A stretch of DNA of 64,000 nucleotides from Patescibacteria group bacterium (GTDB taxonomy: Bacteria; Patescibacteriota; Patescibacteriia; Patescibacteriales; UBA12465), in assembly GCA_041658665.1 (NCBI GenBank), contig JBAZZR010000001.1:576-64575 (forward strand). Reading direction: 5' to 3'. Positions 45,621 through 53,861 of this stretch are shown piece after piece; the first letter of the stretch is position 1, and the number at the start of each line of letters is the position of its first letter. The notes beneath the pieces were generated by a model that searched no databases, had not been told where the DNA came from, and was given only the letters and a program-made list of their open reading frames with translations. The translations under genes were made by a program, and so were the position numbers.

Positions 45621-47909
45621 TTAAGCTCTTGGTTTATGGTCGCTAAAACGACTTGGTCTAGCTGGCCCGCCACTGCGTCCGCCGAAGCTAGGGCGTCCGC
45701 CGAAGCTAGGGCGTCTCTCGCTACCGCCAAAACTACCATTCGATTTACCTTTTTCATCCTTCCAGAGCTCGGCATTTTCTTCTAGGCCCTTCATAGTGAG
45801 GTTGATTCTGCCTTGATCATCAATTTCCTTAATTTTTACGGTAACCATATCTCCTAAATTTAAGAAATCACTAGGTTTTTCAATTCGATAAGGGGCTAAT
45901 TCGCTAACATGAACCATCCCATCTTGGCTCGCATTTAGAGAAATAAAAGCGCCGAAATCCAGCATTCGGACTACTTTGCCTTTTAGAGTTTCTCCGGCCT
46001 CGAAAACATGCACTATTTCTTTAACTTGTCGGACTGCTTCATTAACTTTTTCCGGATCGGTGCCGCAAATCATCACTAGTCCGCTGTCTTCAATATCGAT
46101 ACTGACGCCAGTCTCATCAATAATCCGGTTAATAATTTTGCCGCCCGGGCCAATAATGGCACCAATTTTTTCGGGATCGACGTTAAAGCTGATAATTCGA
46201 GGGGCATATTGAGATAATTCTGGTCGTGGTGCGGGAATCGCTTTAGCCACAACTTCTAAAATTTGATTTAAAGCTGCTCGTCCCTGGCTTAAAGTTTTAG
46301 TGATGATTTCTGGAGTGAGTCCATCGGTTTTAGTATCAAGCTGAATAGCAGTTAGCCCGGTATTCGTACCGGTAATTTTAAAGTCCATACCGCCGTCGCC
46401 GTCTTCTAAGTCCTGAATATCAGTCAGAATTTCCCATCGGCTCATATCTTTATTAGAAGCTAGACCCATAGCAATCCCCACGACTGGTTTTTTAATCGGT
46501 ACGCCGGCATCCATGAGCGCTAAACTGGAGGCGCAAGTAGACGCCATAGAGGAGGAGCCATTAGAGCCCAGAGTTTCACTAACTAAGCGGACAGTATAAG
46601 GGAATTCTTCTTTAGTCGGAATCATCGGCATTAAGGCTTTCTCGGCTAAAGCGCCATGGCCAATTTCGCGTCGGCCAGTGCCTCTTAAAGGAGACGCTTC
46701 GCCAACGGAGTAGGGAGGAAAATTATAATGATGCATGTAACGTTTTTTACTTTGTCCCTCTAAGCCTTCTAGGGACTGTTCCATTCCCGGCGCTCCTAAA
46801 GTGACAATAGACATGACTTGAGTTTCGCCGCGAGAAAAGAGCGCCGTGCCATGATCACGTGGTAAAATAGCTACTTCGGCTGACAAGGCTCTGATTTCCG
46901 TGAGGGCGCGGCCGTCGACGCGACGCTTATCGTTTAAGATAGCGTTAGTTACTTCGGCGTCGATAGCATGTTCTACTAATTTTTTTATTACGTGATAGCG
47001 CTCGTTGTTGTCGATATTTTGACCGGTCAAATAAGTATTTAGTTGATCCTTAATTTCAGTTACCGCTGCCTTACGCTCTCCTTTAGTGTAATATTTTTTT
47101 TCAAATAATATTTTTTTGATGTTTTCCTGAAGCCAAGTCTCCCCGATTTTTAGGAGTTCTAGTTTATGAGCTTTAGCCTCGAGTTCGGCCGGGGTAGTTG
47201 GTTTTTCTTTTAAAGAATTATTTTGTCTTGGTTCGACGTTTTGTTTTAATTCTTTAATTAATTCAATCGCTCCTTGCATTTTTTCCTGACCAGCGATAAT
47301 TGCCTTTAACATTAAATCTTCCGGAATTTCTTGGGCGCCCGCTTCAATCATGATTGTTTTTTGGCTGGTGCCGGCCACGATTAAATCTAGAGAACTCTGG
47401 GCTTGTTCTAAGTAAGTGGGGTTGAAAATAAATTCGCCATTAATTAAGCCGACGCGAATACCACCGATTGGCCCATTCCAGTTTAGACCGGAAATCGCCA
47501 GAGCGGCCGAAGCGGCGATCATCGCCACAATATCATGGTCATTTTCTTGGTCAACCGCTAAAATAGTGATAATTATTTGGACATCGCGATTATCGCCCGC
47601 AGCGAATAAGGGTCTAATCGAGCGATCGATCATTCGGCCAGCGAGAATTGATTGGTCGGTTGGTCGTCCTTCGCGTTTTATCCAGCGCGAGCCTTTAATT
47701 ATTCCGGCCGCATAAAGTTTTTCTTCGAATTCCACCATGAGGGGAAAGAAGTCAATTCCTTCGCGTTCGGTTTTAGCTTGGACGACCGTCGCCTGAACGA
47801 CAGTTTCTCCGTATTGAACCCAAACGGCGGCATCAGCCTGTAAAGCGACTTTGCCTGTTTTAATTGTGAGCGGACGGCCAAGCCACTCTTTAGTGAATAC
47901 TTTTTCCAT
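45621..47909 (-). CDS. pnp: Polynucleotide phosphorylase with Arg/Gly/Ser-rich C-terminal tail
   Basis: Two RNase PH domains, KH (GPGGKIINRI) and S1 domain, then a GGSERRPSFGGRPSFGGRSGGPARPSRF tail. Confidence 0.95.
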   Translation of the reverse strand: MEKVFTKEWLGRPLTIKTGKVALQADAAVWVQYGETVVQATVVQAKTEREGIDFFPLMVEFEEKLYAAGIIKGSRWIKREGRPTDQSILAGRMIDRSIRPLFAAGDNRDVQIIITILAVDQENDHDIVAMIAASAALAISGLNWNGPIGGIRVGLINGEFIFNPTYLEQAQSSLDLIVAGTSQKTIMIEAGAQEIPEDLMLKAIIAGQEKMQGAIELIKELKQNVEPRQNNSLKEKPTTPAELEAKAHKLELLKIGETWLQENIKKILFEKKYYTKGERKAAVTEIKDQLNTYLTGQNIDNNERYHVIKKLVEHAIDAEVTNAILNDKRRVDGRALTEIRALSAEVAILPRDHGTALFSRGETQVMSIVTLGAPGMEQSLEGLEGQSKKRYMHHYNFPPYSVGEASPLRGTGRREIGHGALAEKALMPMIPTKEEFPYTVRLVSETLGSNGSSSMASTCASSLALMDAGVPIKKPVVGIAMGLASNKDMSRWEILTDIQDLEDGDGGMDFKITGTNTGLTAIQLDTKTDGLTPEIITKTLSQGRAALNQILEVVAKAIPAPRPELSQYAPRIISFNVDPEKIGAIIGPGGKIINRIIDETGVSIDIEDSGLVMICGTDPEKVNEAVRQVKEIVHVFEAGETLKGKVVRMLDFGAFISLNASQDGMVHVSELAPYRIEKPSDFLNLGDMVTVKIKEIDDQGRINLTMKGLEENAELWKDEKGKSNGSFGGSERRPSFGGRPSFGGRSGGPARPSRFSDHKPRA
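45677..45712 (-). repeat. Perfect 18-nt tandem duplication inside the pnp tail
   Basis: GTCCGCCGAAGCTAGGGC x2 on the plus strand, encoding RPSFGG-RPSFGG. Confidence 0.9.
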
Positions 47910-47917
47910 AAATTTGC

Positions 47918-47980
47918 GACCTGGCCATTAAATTACAGAACTGTATTGTCTACAGTGCTATCTATTTAATGGTCAGCGTC
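47918..47980 (-). promoter_or_regulatory. Long hairpin in the pnp 5' leader
   Basis: 13-bp outer stem CTGGCCATTAAAT (47921-47933) / ATTTAATGGTCAG (47965-47977, one G-U) enclosing smaller stems. It lies about 12 nt upstream of the pnp ATG. Confidence 0.45.
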
Positions 47981-48059
47981 ATTAGTTTTAGTTTTTAATT
48001 ATTTTTAAATTAATTTTATATAAATTAAGCGATACTCGTTGACTTAACAGGCAAAAAGA

Positions 48060-48560
48060 TTAACGGTAAATCAAAAATTTTCGGCTAGCGCCCAAATCAG
48101 TAAAGTCGTCCGCTTCCTCGATTAATTTAGAGGAACAAGTTTTGCGGAAAGCCATTATTTCGACTAGGCAGCCTTTATTGTTTTGTAAATAGGAAACGAG
48201 CGGTAAGTAATCACCATCGCCGGACACAATAACGATCACGTCTAATTTATCGGCTAGCTTAATAGCGTCAATGGCGATCCCAACGTCCCAGTCGCCCTTT
48301 TTCGCGCCGCCGGCAAAAATTTGCAGATCTTTCATTTTAACTTCAAAACCCTGTTGCGCCAGAGCCTCGATAAAAGGCGCTTCATCCTGATTTTCGGTCT
48401 TAATAGCATAAGCAGTGGCCCGGATGAGCTTCCGGTCGGCCACTGCTTTACTAAGGATTTCTTGGAAATTCACTTTTCGGCTGTATAAATTTTTGGCGGA
48501 GTGGTACATGTTCGAAACGTCTACCAGAATTCCCACTCTTTGTTCTTTGTGCTTAATCAT
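48060..48560 (-). CDS. NYN/LabA-like (PIN-fold) domain protein
   Basis: VGILVDVSNMYHS ... VIVSGDGDYLPLV, typical of NYN-domain proteins; sits between rpsO and pnp. Confidence 0.75.
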   Translation of the reverse strand: MIKHKEQRVGILVDVSNMYHSAKNLYSRKVNFQEILSKAVADRKLIRATAYAIKTENQDEAPFIEALAQQGFEVKMKDLQIFAGGAKKGDWDVGIAIDAIKLADKLDVIVIVSGDGDYLPLVSYLQNNKGCLVEIMAFRKTCSSKLIEEADDFTDLGASRKFLIYR

Positions 48561-48568
48561 AAATCTTT

Positions 48569-48946
48569 TTATTTTTCGTCCTCGAGAGCGCTATCTTTAA
48601 GATCGACAGTTTCTTCTTCGGGATCAATATACTTTTTTTCTTTTTTCTTTTCTTCTTCTTCCTCTTCTTGTAATTTTTGAGCGATTTTTAATTTTAGTTT
48701 ATCCGCTAATTCTTTAAATTGTTCGGCGTTTTCTTTTTGGAGATATTTAAGAAGCTTGCGTCGTTCACTAACCTTTTTTAATAAACCGCGACGCGAAGAG
48801 AAGTCATGTTTATGTTTTTTTAAGTGTTCGGTTAGCTCTTTAATTTCCTCAGTTAAAATAGCAATCTGGACTTGTGGGGAGCCGGTATCGGTGTCATGAA
48901 CCCGAAATTTTTTAATGATTTTTTCTTTAGCTTTCTTGTCTAACAT
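48569..48946 (-). CDS. rpsO: 30S ribosomal protein S15 with Glu/Lys-rich C-terminal extension
   Basis: [50 protein letters not shown]. Start taken at the internal ATG (48946) rather than 49012. Confidence 0.88.
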   Translation of the reverse strand: MLDKKAKEKIIKKFRVHDTDTGSPQVQIAILTEEIKELTEHLKKHKHDFSSRRGLLKKVSERRKLLKYLQKENAEQFKELADKLKLKIAQKLQEEEEEEKKKEKKYIDPEEETVDLKDSALEDEK

Positions 48947-49047
48947 AATTTTGGCGCTCAATCCGAGAAGCGGCTTGACCCTTGGTATAAAGGTCGCGAT
49001 CTCCGCATCCAAGATGAGTACATTAATAATAAATTATTTAAATAATT

Positions 49048-49308
49048 TTATTTTACTAAATTAAGCTTTTTCATTAAGCTGGATTTTTTACGAGAGGCAT
49101 TATTTTTTTTGATAATTCCTTTTTTGACCGCTTTATCGAGCGCCTTTATCGTTTTTGTAAAATCTTCTTTAATTTTTTTGTCGCCCGCTTTAATTTGTTT
49201 TAGGCTAATTTTAACTAGTTTTTTTAATTTTTCGGACACTTTTTTGTTGGCGGCGTTTCTTTTGACGGTTTTGCGCAGTTCTTTCGCTGCCGATTTTTTG
49301 TTAGGCAT
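49048..49308 (-). CDS. rpsT: 30S ribosomal protein S20
   Basis: MPNKKSAAKELRKTVKRNAANKKV...; basic helical protein of typical S20 size. Confidence 0.85.
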   Translation of the reverse strand: MPNKKSAAKELRKTVKRNAANKKVSEKLKKLVKISLKQIKAGDKKIKEDFTKTIKALDKAVKKGIIKKNNASRKKSSLMKKLNLVK

Positions 49309-49555
49309 AACTCTTTCTAAAATAATAAATTAATTAAAATTGAGGTCTTCACCTCAGAATTATCGGCGATGACGTCTAAAAAATAGATTCTTTAGTCTTT
49401 TCGCTGGATAGTAGTCCCATATTAACACGATAATAAATAAAAATCAAGGGGTCGATGGTCAGTTTATGAGACGAATGTCCTAAATTATTTCTGGTTAAAA
49501 TTTTATGGATTTTTTAATACCTGCATATTTTTTCATTTTATTATATAATAAAAGT

Positions 49556-50320
49556 ATGGCTCAGAATTATTTGACTAAAATTTATTTGATTATTGGCTTA
49601 CTAGCTGTCTTAAGCGGGGGAATTTATTTAAATCGGGCTTATGCCTATATTTATCAGACGATTGGCGGCGCTCATTTAAAGGAATTTGATTTAACGTCCA
49701 AGTATATGATTAATAATGAGGGGCAGTCCACTAGTAGTTTAATTTATGTCGCCTTGGGAGATAGTTTAACGGCTGGTGTTGGCGCCTATACTCCGGAAGA
49801 TTCTTGGCCTTATTTAGTCGCTAAAAAATTAGCGGGCAGTCAGGAGAAGGTAATTTTAAAGAGCCAAGCCGTTCCCGGTTTTAAAACCAGTGATGTTGTA
49901 AGCGAACTACTGGAGCAGACGATTGTCGAGAAGCCTGATTTAGTGACGGTTCTTATCGGCGTTAATGATCTCCATAATCAAGTTTCCCCTCGAGATTTTC
50001 AAAGTAATTATGAACAAATTTTAAGTCGGCTGACCAAAGAAACTAAAGCCAAGATATACTTAGTTAATTTGCCTTATATCGGTGCCGATACTTTAATTCG
50101 CGTTCCCTATAATTTTTATTTCGATCACCAAACCAGAGCCTTTAATCAGATTATTAAAAAATTGGCCGCTAAGTATTTAGTTTCCTATGTTGATTTATAT
50201 ACGACCAGTTTTGAATTATTTAAAAAATCGGGCGACCATTACTCGGCCGATTTATTTCATCCTTCCGCTAAAGGTTACCAAATCTGGGCGGACATAATTT
50301 ATGATAGTATTAATCAGTAA
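49556..50320 (+). CDS. SGNH/GDSL hydrolase, membrane-anchored
   Basis: N-terminal TM helix; ALGDSLTAGVG (block I), GVND (block III), DLFHPS (block V). Start taken at the ATG at 49556. Confidence 0.8.
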   Translation: MAQNYLTKIYLIIGLLAVLSGGIYLNRAYAYIYQTIGGAHLKEFDLTSKYMINNEGQSTSSLIYVALGDSLTAGVGAYTPEDSWPYLVAKKLAGSQEKVILKSQAVPGFKTSDVVSELLEQTIVEKPDLVTVLIGVNDLHNQVSPRDFQSNYEQILSRLTKETKAKIYLVNLPYIGADTLIRVPYNFYFDHQTRAFNQIIKKLAAKYLVSYVDLYTTSFELFKKSGDHYSADLFHPSAKGYQIWADIIYDSINQ

Positions 50321-51395
50321 CCCGCTTCAAGCGACTTGGATATTTTCGGTTATTTTTTTTCTAATTATTTTTGCGACCGTCCGGCCGCGTCAGATTTCTG
50401 AGTGGCTCCCGGCGACAGTCTCCGCGGAGATCAAAGGGGCGGCGATTATTATGATCGTCCTGTCGCATATTGGTTATTTTTTAGTTAATGATACTCGTTT
50501 TCTTTGGCCGCTTTCGATTATGGCGGGCGTTGGCGTCAATCTTTTTTTATTTTTATCTGGTTTTGGTTTAACGGCTAGTCAATTAAGTAAGGACTTGAGT
50601 ATTAGGGATTTTTATAAGCGTCGGCTCTTGAAAATATTTGTTCCTTATTGGCTTTTGTTAGTCGTCGTTTTATTACTCGACATTTTTTTCTTAAACATTA
50701 ATTACTCTTGGCAATTTATTTTTTCCGCTGGTTTAGGAATTATTACCCACGCTGATTTATATTCAGATTTTAATTCGCCACTTTGGTATTTTACCTTTAT
50801 TATTGGCTACTATCTTTTATTTCCTCTAGTGTTTAGTCGCCGGCGGCCTTGGCTCAGCGCTATTGTATTGGGTCTAGTGGGTTACGGTTTAATTTATTAT
50901 AATCCAGTTTATTTTCAGAATGTTCTTCATTTATATCGCGTCCATATTTTTGCTTTTCCTTTAGGCGTATTAGCTGCTTGGCTCGTGACGAAGTTACCCC
51001 GACCAAATTTTTTGGCTAATCCATTACGTGGTTATTCGGTAATTATTTATTGGTTAGCGATGATCATGGCTAGCGCAGCTTTTATTTATTTTAATGTTAA
51101 TTCTGCTATTGGCGCCAGTTATCAAGAGGAACAGTTAATGAGTCTAATAGCGATGATCGCCTTGGTAGTTATTTTTATTATTAAGAAATTTGAATTTAAA
51201 GCCTTATCCTGGGTCGGAATTTATTCTTATGAAATTTATCTTTGGCATTGGCCGCTTATGTATCGTTATGATATTTTTTATCGTTTTATGCCGGCGTGGC
51301 TCGCCACTATTTTGTATTTAGTTTTATTTATTCCTTTAGCTTGGCTTTTAGCTAAGTTAGCTAATTTAATTTCGACTCGTATTTCGCCCCGCTAA
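50301..51395 (+). CDS. Acyltransferase family 3 (AT3) integral membrane O-acyltransferase
   Basis: ~10 TM helices; conserved early His (IVLSHIG) and a C-terminal YSYEIYLWHWP motif. Overlaps the SGNH gene by 20 nt. Confidence 0.8.
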   Translation: MIVLISNPLQATWIFSVIFFLIIFATVRPRQISEWLPATVSAEIKGAAIIMIVLSHIGYFLVNDTRFLWPLSIMAGVGVNLFLFLSGFGLTASQLSKDLSIRDFYKRRLLKIFVPYWLLLVVVLLLDIFFLNINYSWQFIFSAGLGIITHADLYSDFNSPLWYFTFIIGYYLLFPLVFSRRRPWLSAIVLGLVGYGLIYYNPVYFQNVLHLYRVHIFAFPLGVLAAWLVTKLPRPNFLANPLRGYSVIIYWLAMIMASAAFIYFNVNSAIGASYQEEQLMSLIAMIALVVIFIIKKFEFKALSWVGIYSYEIYLWHWPLMYRYDIFYRFMPAWLATILYLVLFIPLAWLLAKLANLISTRISPR

Positions 51396-51457
51396 AATAA
51401 AGCAGTAGTTTCCGTTTATAAAAAATAGCTCTTCACTGAGCTATTTTTTATTTTGCG

Positions 51458-51532
51458 TCGGGGTGGAGAGATTTGAACTCTCGATCTTCTGGTCCCAAAC
51501 CAGACGCCTTAGACCAACTGGGCCACACCCCG
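51458..51532 (-). tRNA. tRNA-Pro (anticodon TGG)
   Basis: CGGGGTGTGGCCCAGTTGGTCTAAGGCGTCTGGTTTGGGACCAGAAGATCGAGAGTTCAAATCTCTCCACCCCGA; anticodon loop TTTGGGA. Confidence 0.9.
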
Positions 51533-52219
51533 GTTTAAATTAAATTTTTCTTTTAAACTATCAATCCAGCCTATTAAACGAAAAAAACTGTTAACGTTAT
51601 TAATTCTTAGATGGATTGTTCCGTACGGTAATTTGTTATTACTTTTTTGTAAACTCGCTTTGCTGATCGAATAACAGGTTTTGATAAAATTTTTTTTAGG
51701 GATGCTAGTTAATTTATGCCAAAAATTAAGACATTTATTAGTTTCTTTCGTATCATGGAGCATTATTTGTATTTTAATATCAGATTCTTTTATTTTGAGA
51801 AAGTTGGTAAAAAAGTTGACCATTAATTTTATCATTTCTGGATCAGAATTAGCGAAGTCAATACTTTTCCATTTACTACCTAAAGCACCTTTCTTATAGC
51901 CTTCCGCCCAGTAGAGAGATACGCCTGCTAAAAATAGGGAGTCAGTTAATAATGGTTTAGCCTCTTTTCTAGCGGTTTCGCGAATACTCTCATGTCTCTG
52001 GTTAGCAATAGTTGTTTGTTGCTTGTTTCTCAAAATTAATTTACTGATTGCCGTGGCGTTTGTCAGCGCCTTAATTCTGTCTGAAGCTTTTTTAGATAAT
52101 TTAATATCCTTCAGCCACAGACTTAGTGTACTTTTTGGTATAAGCAAAATAGTACTTATTTGGCTATAAGATTTACCATTTTTTCTTAATTTTATAGCAA
52201 TAGTTTTATCAGAACGCAT
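51509..52219 (-). CDS. Free-standing HTH plus LAGLIDADG-like (putative homing-endonuclease-like) protein
   Basis: N-terminal HTH (KSYSQISTILLIPKSTLSLWLKD). Mid-protein LFLAGVSLYWAEGYK resembles a LAGLIDADG motif. TATAAT ~30 nt upstream of the ATG at 52219 (GTG at 52237 also possible). The last 8 codons are read from tRNA-Pro sequence. Confidence 0.55.
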   Translation of the reverse strand: MRSDKTIAIKLRKNGKSYSQISTILLIPKSTLSLWLKDIKLSKKASDRIKALTNATAISKLILRNKQQTTIANQRHESIRETARKEAKPLLTDSLFLAGVSLYWAEGYKKGALGSKWKSIDFANSDPEMIKLMVNFFTNFLKIKESDIKIQIMLHDTKETNKCLNFWHKLTSIPKKNFIKTCYSISKASLQKSNNKLPYGTIHLRINNVNSFFRLIGWIDSLKEKFNLNRGVAQLV

Positions 52220-52285
52220 AAATAAAATTGAACTCACGGTGACAGTATAAATTATAACATGAGTTCAATTATTTATCTATTTTTG

Positions 52286-52617
52286 TGCCCCGGGTCAGAA
52301 TCGAACTGACGACACAAGGATTTTCCTTGTTATGGCTTGGCTTAAGTTTCCTTAAGGATTGGACTATATCATCCCCGCTTATTTCTAAGGACGGGGTCGG
52401 GCGCTCGAGGCGGGTTTATTGTTGGGCTCACCCGCTAGTCTCTACACCTTCCTCAATTCTTTATCCCAATTGAGGCTTGGCTCGGGATTACCATTTTTAT
52501 TTACTAGATTGAGGTAAATAAATTTAGGCTTCCCCGAATTCACCCGATTTTCATCTTAATGTTTCCATTAAGCGGACCGAAAATCAGTCCTTTGCTCTAC
52601 CACTGAGCTACCGAGGC
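52286..52617 (-). tRNA. tRNA-Phe (anticodon GAA) interrupted by a group I intron in the anticodon loop
   Basis: Exons 52617-52586 and 52325-52286 join to GCCTCGGTAGCTCAGTGGTAGAGCAAAGGACT|GAAAATCCTTGTGTCGTCAGTTCGATTCTGACCCGGGGCA. This closely resembles E. coli tRNA-Phe. Confidence 0.85.
52326..52585 (-). mobile_element. Group I intron (260 nt, ORF-less) in tRNA-Phe
   Basis: P1 GGACU/GGUCC with a U-G wobble at the 5' splice site and terminal G. P2 CUUAAUG-GAAA-CAUUAAG. P8 GCGGGU...ACCCGC. P9 CUUAAG-GAAA-CUUAAG. P7 core GUAGAGACUAGC / GAUAUAGUCC. Confidence 0.8.
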
Positions 52618-52642
52618 TTGAAAATTTTGTTGTTAAAACAAG

Positions 52643-52715
52643 TTGCGGGAGTCGGACTCGAACCGACGACCTCTAGGTTATGGGCCTAGCGAGCTGCCAA
52701 CTGCTCTATCCCGCT
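52643..52715 (-). tRNA. tRNA-Met (anticodon CAT), initiator-like
   Basis: AGCGGGATAGAGCAGTTGGCAGCTCGCTAGGCCCATAACCTAGAGGTCGTCGGTTCGAGTCCGACTCCCGCAA. 1:72 mismatch (A-A). D-arm and T-arm closely resemble E. coli tRNA-fMet. Confidence 0.8.
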
Positions 52716-52761
52716 ATAATTATGTTAATTGCCAGCTCTCCGCTCAAGAAAGTGGCTGAGG

Positions 52762-52835
52762 TGGGCAATGGAGGACTCGAACCTCCGACCTCAACATTAT
52801 CAGTGTTGCGCTCTAACCAACTGAGCTAATTGCCC
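52762..52835 (-). tRNA. tRNA-Ile (anticodon GAT)
   Basis: GGGCAATTAGCTCAGTTGGTTAGAGCGCAACACTGATAATGTTGAGGTCGGAGGTTCGAGTCCTCCATTGCCCA. Confidence 0.9.
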
Positions 52836-52892
52836 AATTTTTAACTGAAAAAAATATATCAAATAATAAATAAAAAAGCAAGCAGCGGCTAA

Positions 52893-53861
52893 TTATAAGT
52901 TGGCAATTAATAGGTTAAGTTCGGTTTTAATATCCGCCTTACTATTTTTATTTAAGAAGTCTAGGCGAATTAAATTATTTAAATATTTTTTAAGGCTAGG
53001 ACTGTCGAAATTCTTAGCTTGCAGTAGACCTTTTTTAACGACAAAGGGGTGAAGTTTTAGCTGGCTAGCGAGGAGAGCGGGATTTATTTTTTTGTCCAGA
53101 GCATCTCTAATTTGCCAGAGTATTTTAAATTGGCGGATGAGCATAGTAATTAAATATTCATCGCTGAGGCCAGCGGCGTACTGCTCCTCTAATAAGGTGA
53201 GAGCTAATTTTTTATTTTTAGCGCTTAAAGCGTCGGTCAGGCCGAAAATGTTTTCGTCGTAAGACCCCGTGACCATTTCATTGACCGCGGCCAAGTTAAT
53301 AATTTTATGGTCGCTGCGAAAAGCTAATTTTTTTATTTCGGAGGCGATTAGCCAGGAGTCGCTGCTAGTGAGGTTTAGTAAACGTAAGGCCGCGGTCGCG
53401 TCAATTTCCTGATGATAAGTCGCTGCCTCTTTTTTGATAAAAGTAAGGAGTTGGCCGTCACTTAAAGTTTTAAATTCTTGGGAATAAGGTTGTTGAATTA
53501 AGAAAGTCAGTAATTTTTTAGCGTTTGTTTTGAATGATTTGTCTGTTGCATTTATTTCTTCATCCCAAAAGATAATAATATTATTTTCGCCACTAGGAAT
53601 TTTTTTTAATAAATCGTCTAATTCCGTGAAGATTTGGTCTTTTTTATTTTTAAAAATATTTTCTACTACGACTAATCTTTTTTTGACAAACAGGGAGCCG
53701 GTATTTATTTTTTCATTAATTTCTCTAATTGTCGTATTTTGGCCATCAATAAAATCGAGGCTGTTTTCTGTTGGGTCAACATCTTTAGTAAATTTATTCT
53801 TTAAATCCCGCAGGAAGCGTTTAGATCGAAAAGTATCGGCGCCGTGTAGTAAAATAATCAT
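52893..53861 (-). CDS. holA: DNA polymerase III delta subunit
   Basis: MIILLHGADTFRS start, 322 aa, helical C-terminal region typical of HolA; weak motif-level call. Confidence 0.6.
   Translation of the reverse strand: MIILLHGADTFRSKRFLRDLKNKFTKDVDPTENSLDFIDGQNTTIREINEKINTGSLFVKKRLVVVENIFKNKKDQIFTELDDLLKKIPSGENNIIIFWDEEINATDKSFKTNAKKLLTFLIQQPYSQEFKTLSDGQLLTFIKKEAATYHQEIDATAALRLLNLTSSDSWLIASEIKKLAFRSDHKIINLAAVNEMVTGSYDENIFGLTDALSAKNKKLALTLLEEQYAAGLSDEYLITMLIRQFKILWQIRDALDKKINPALLASQLKLHPFVVKKGLLQAKNFDSPSLKKYLNNLIRLDFLNKNSKADIKTELNLLIANL

Noticed and set aside
52285-52473. 62-aa plus-strand ORF within the tRNA-Phe locus, considered as a possible intron-encoded protein
   Set aside because: It is antisense to the tRNA 3' exon and the group I core, and it has no ribosome-binding site or recognisable motif. 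The intron is best treated as ORF-less.
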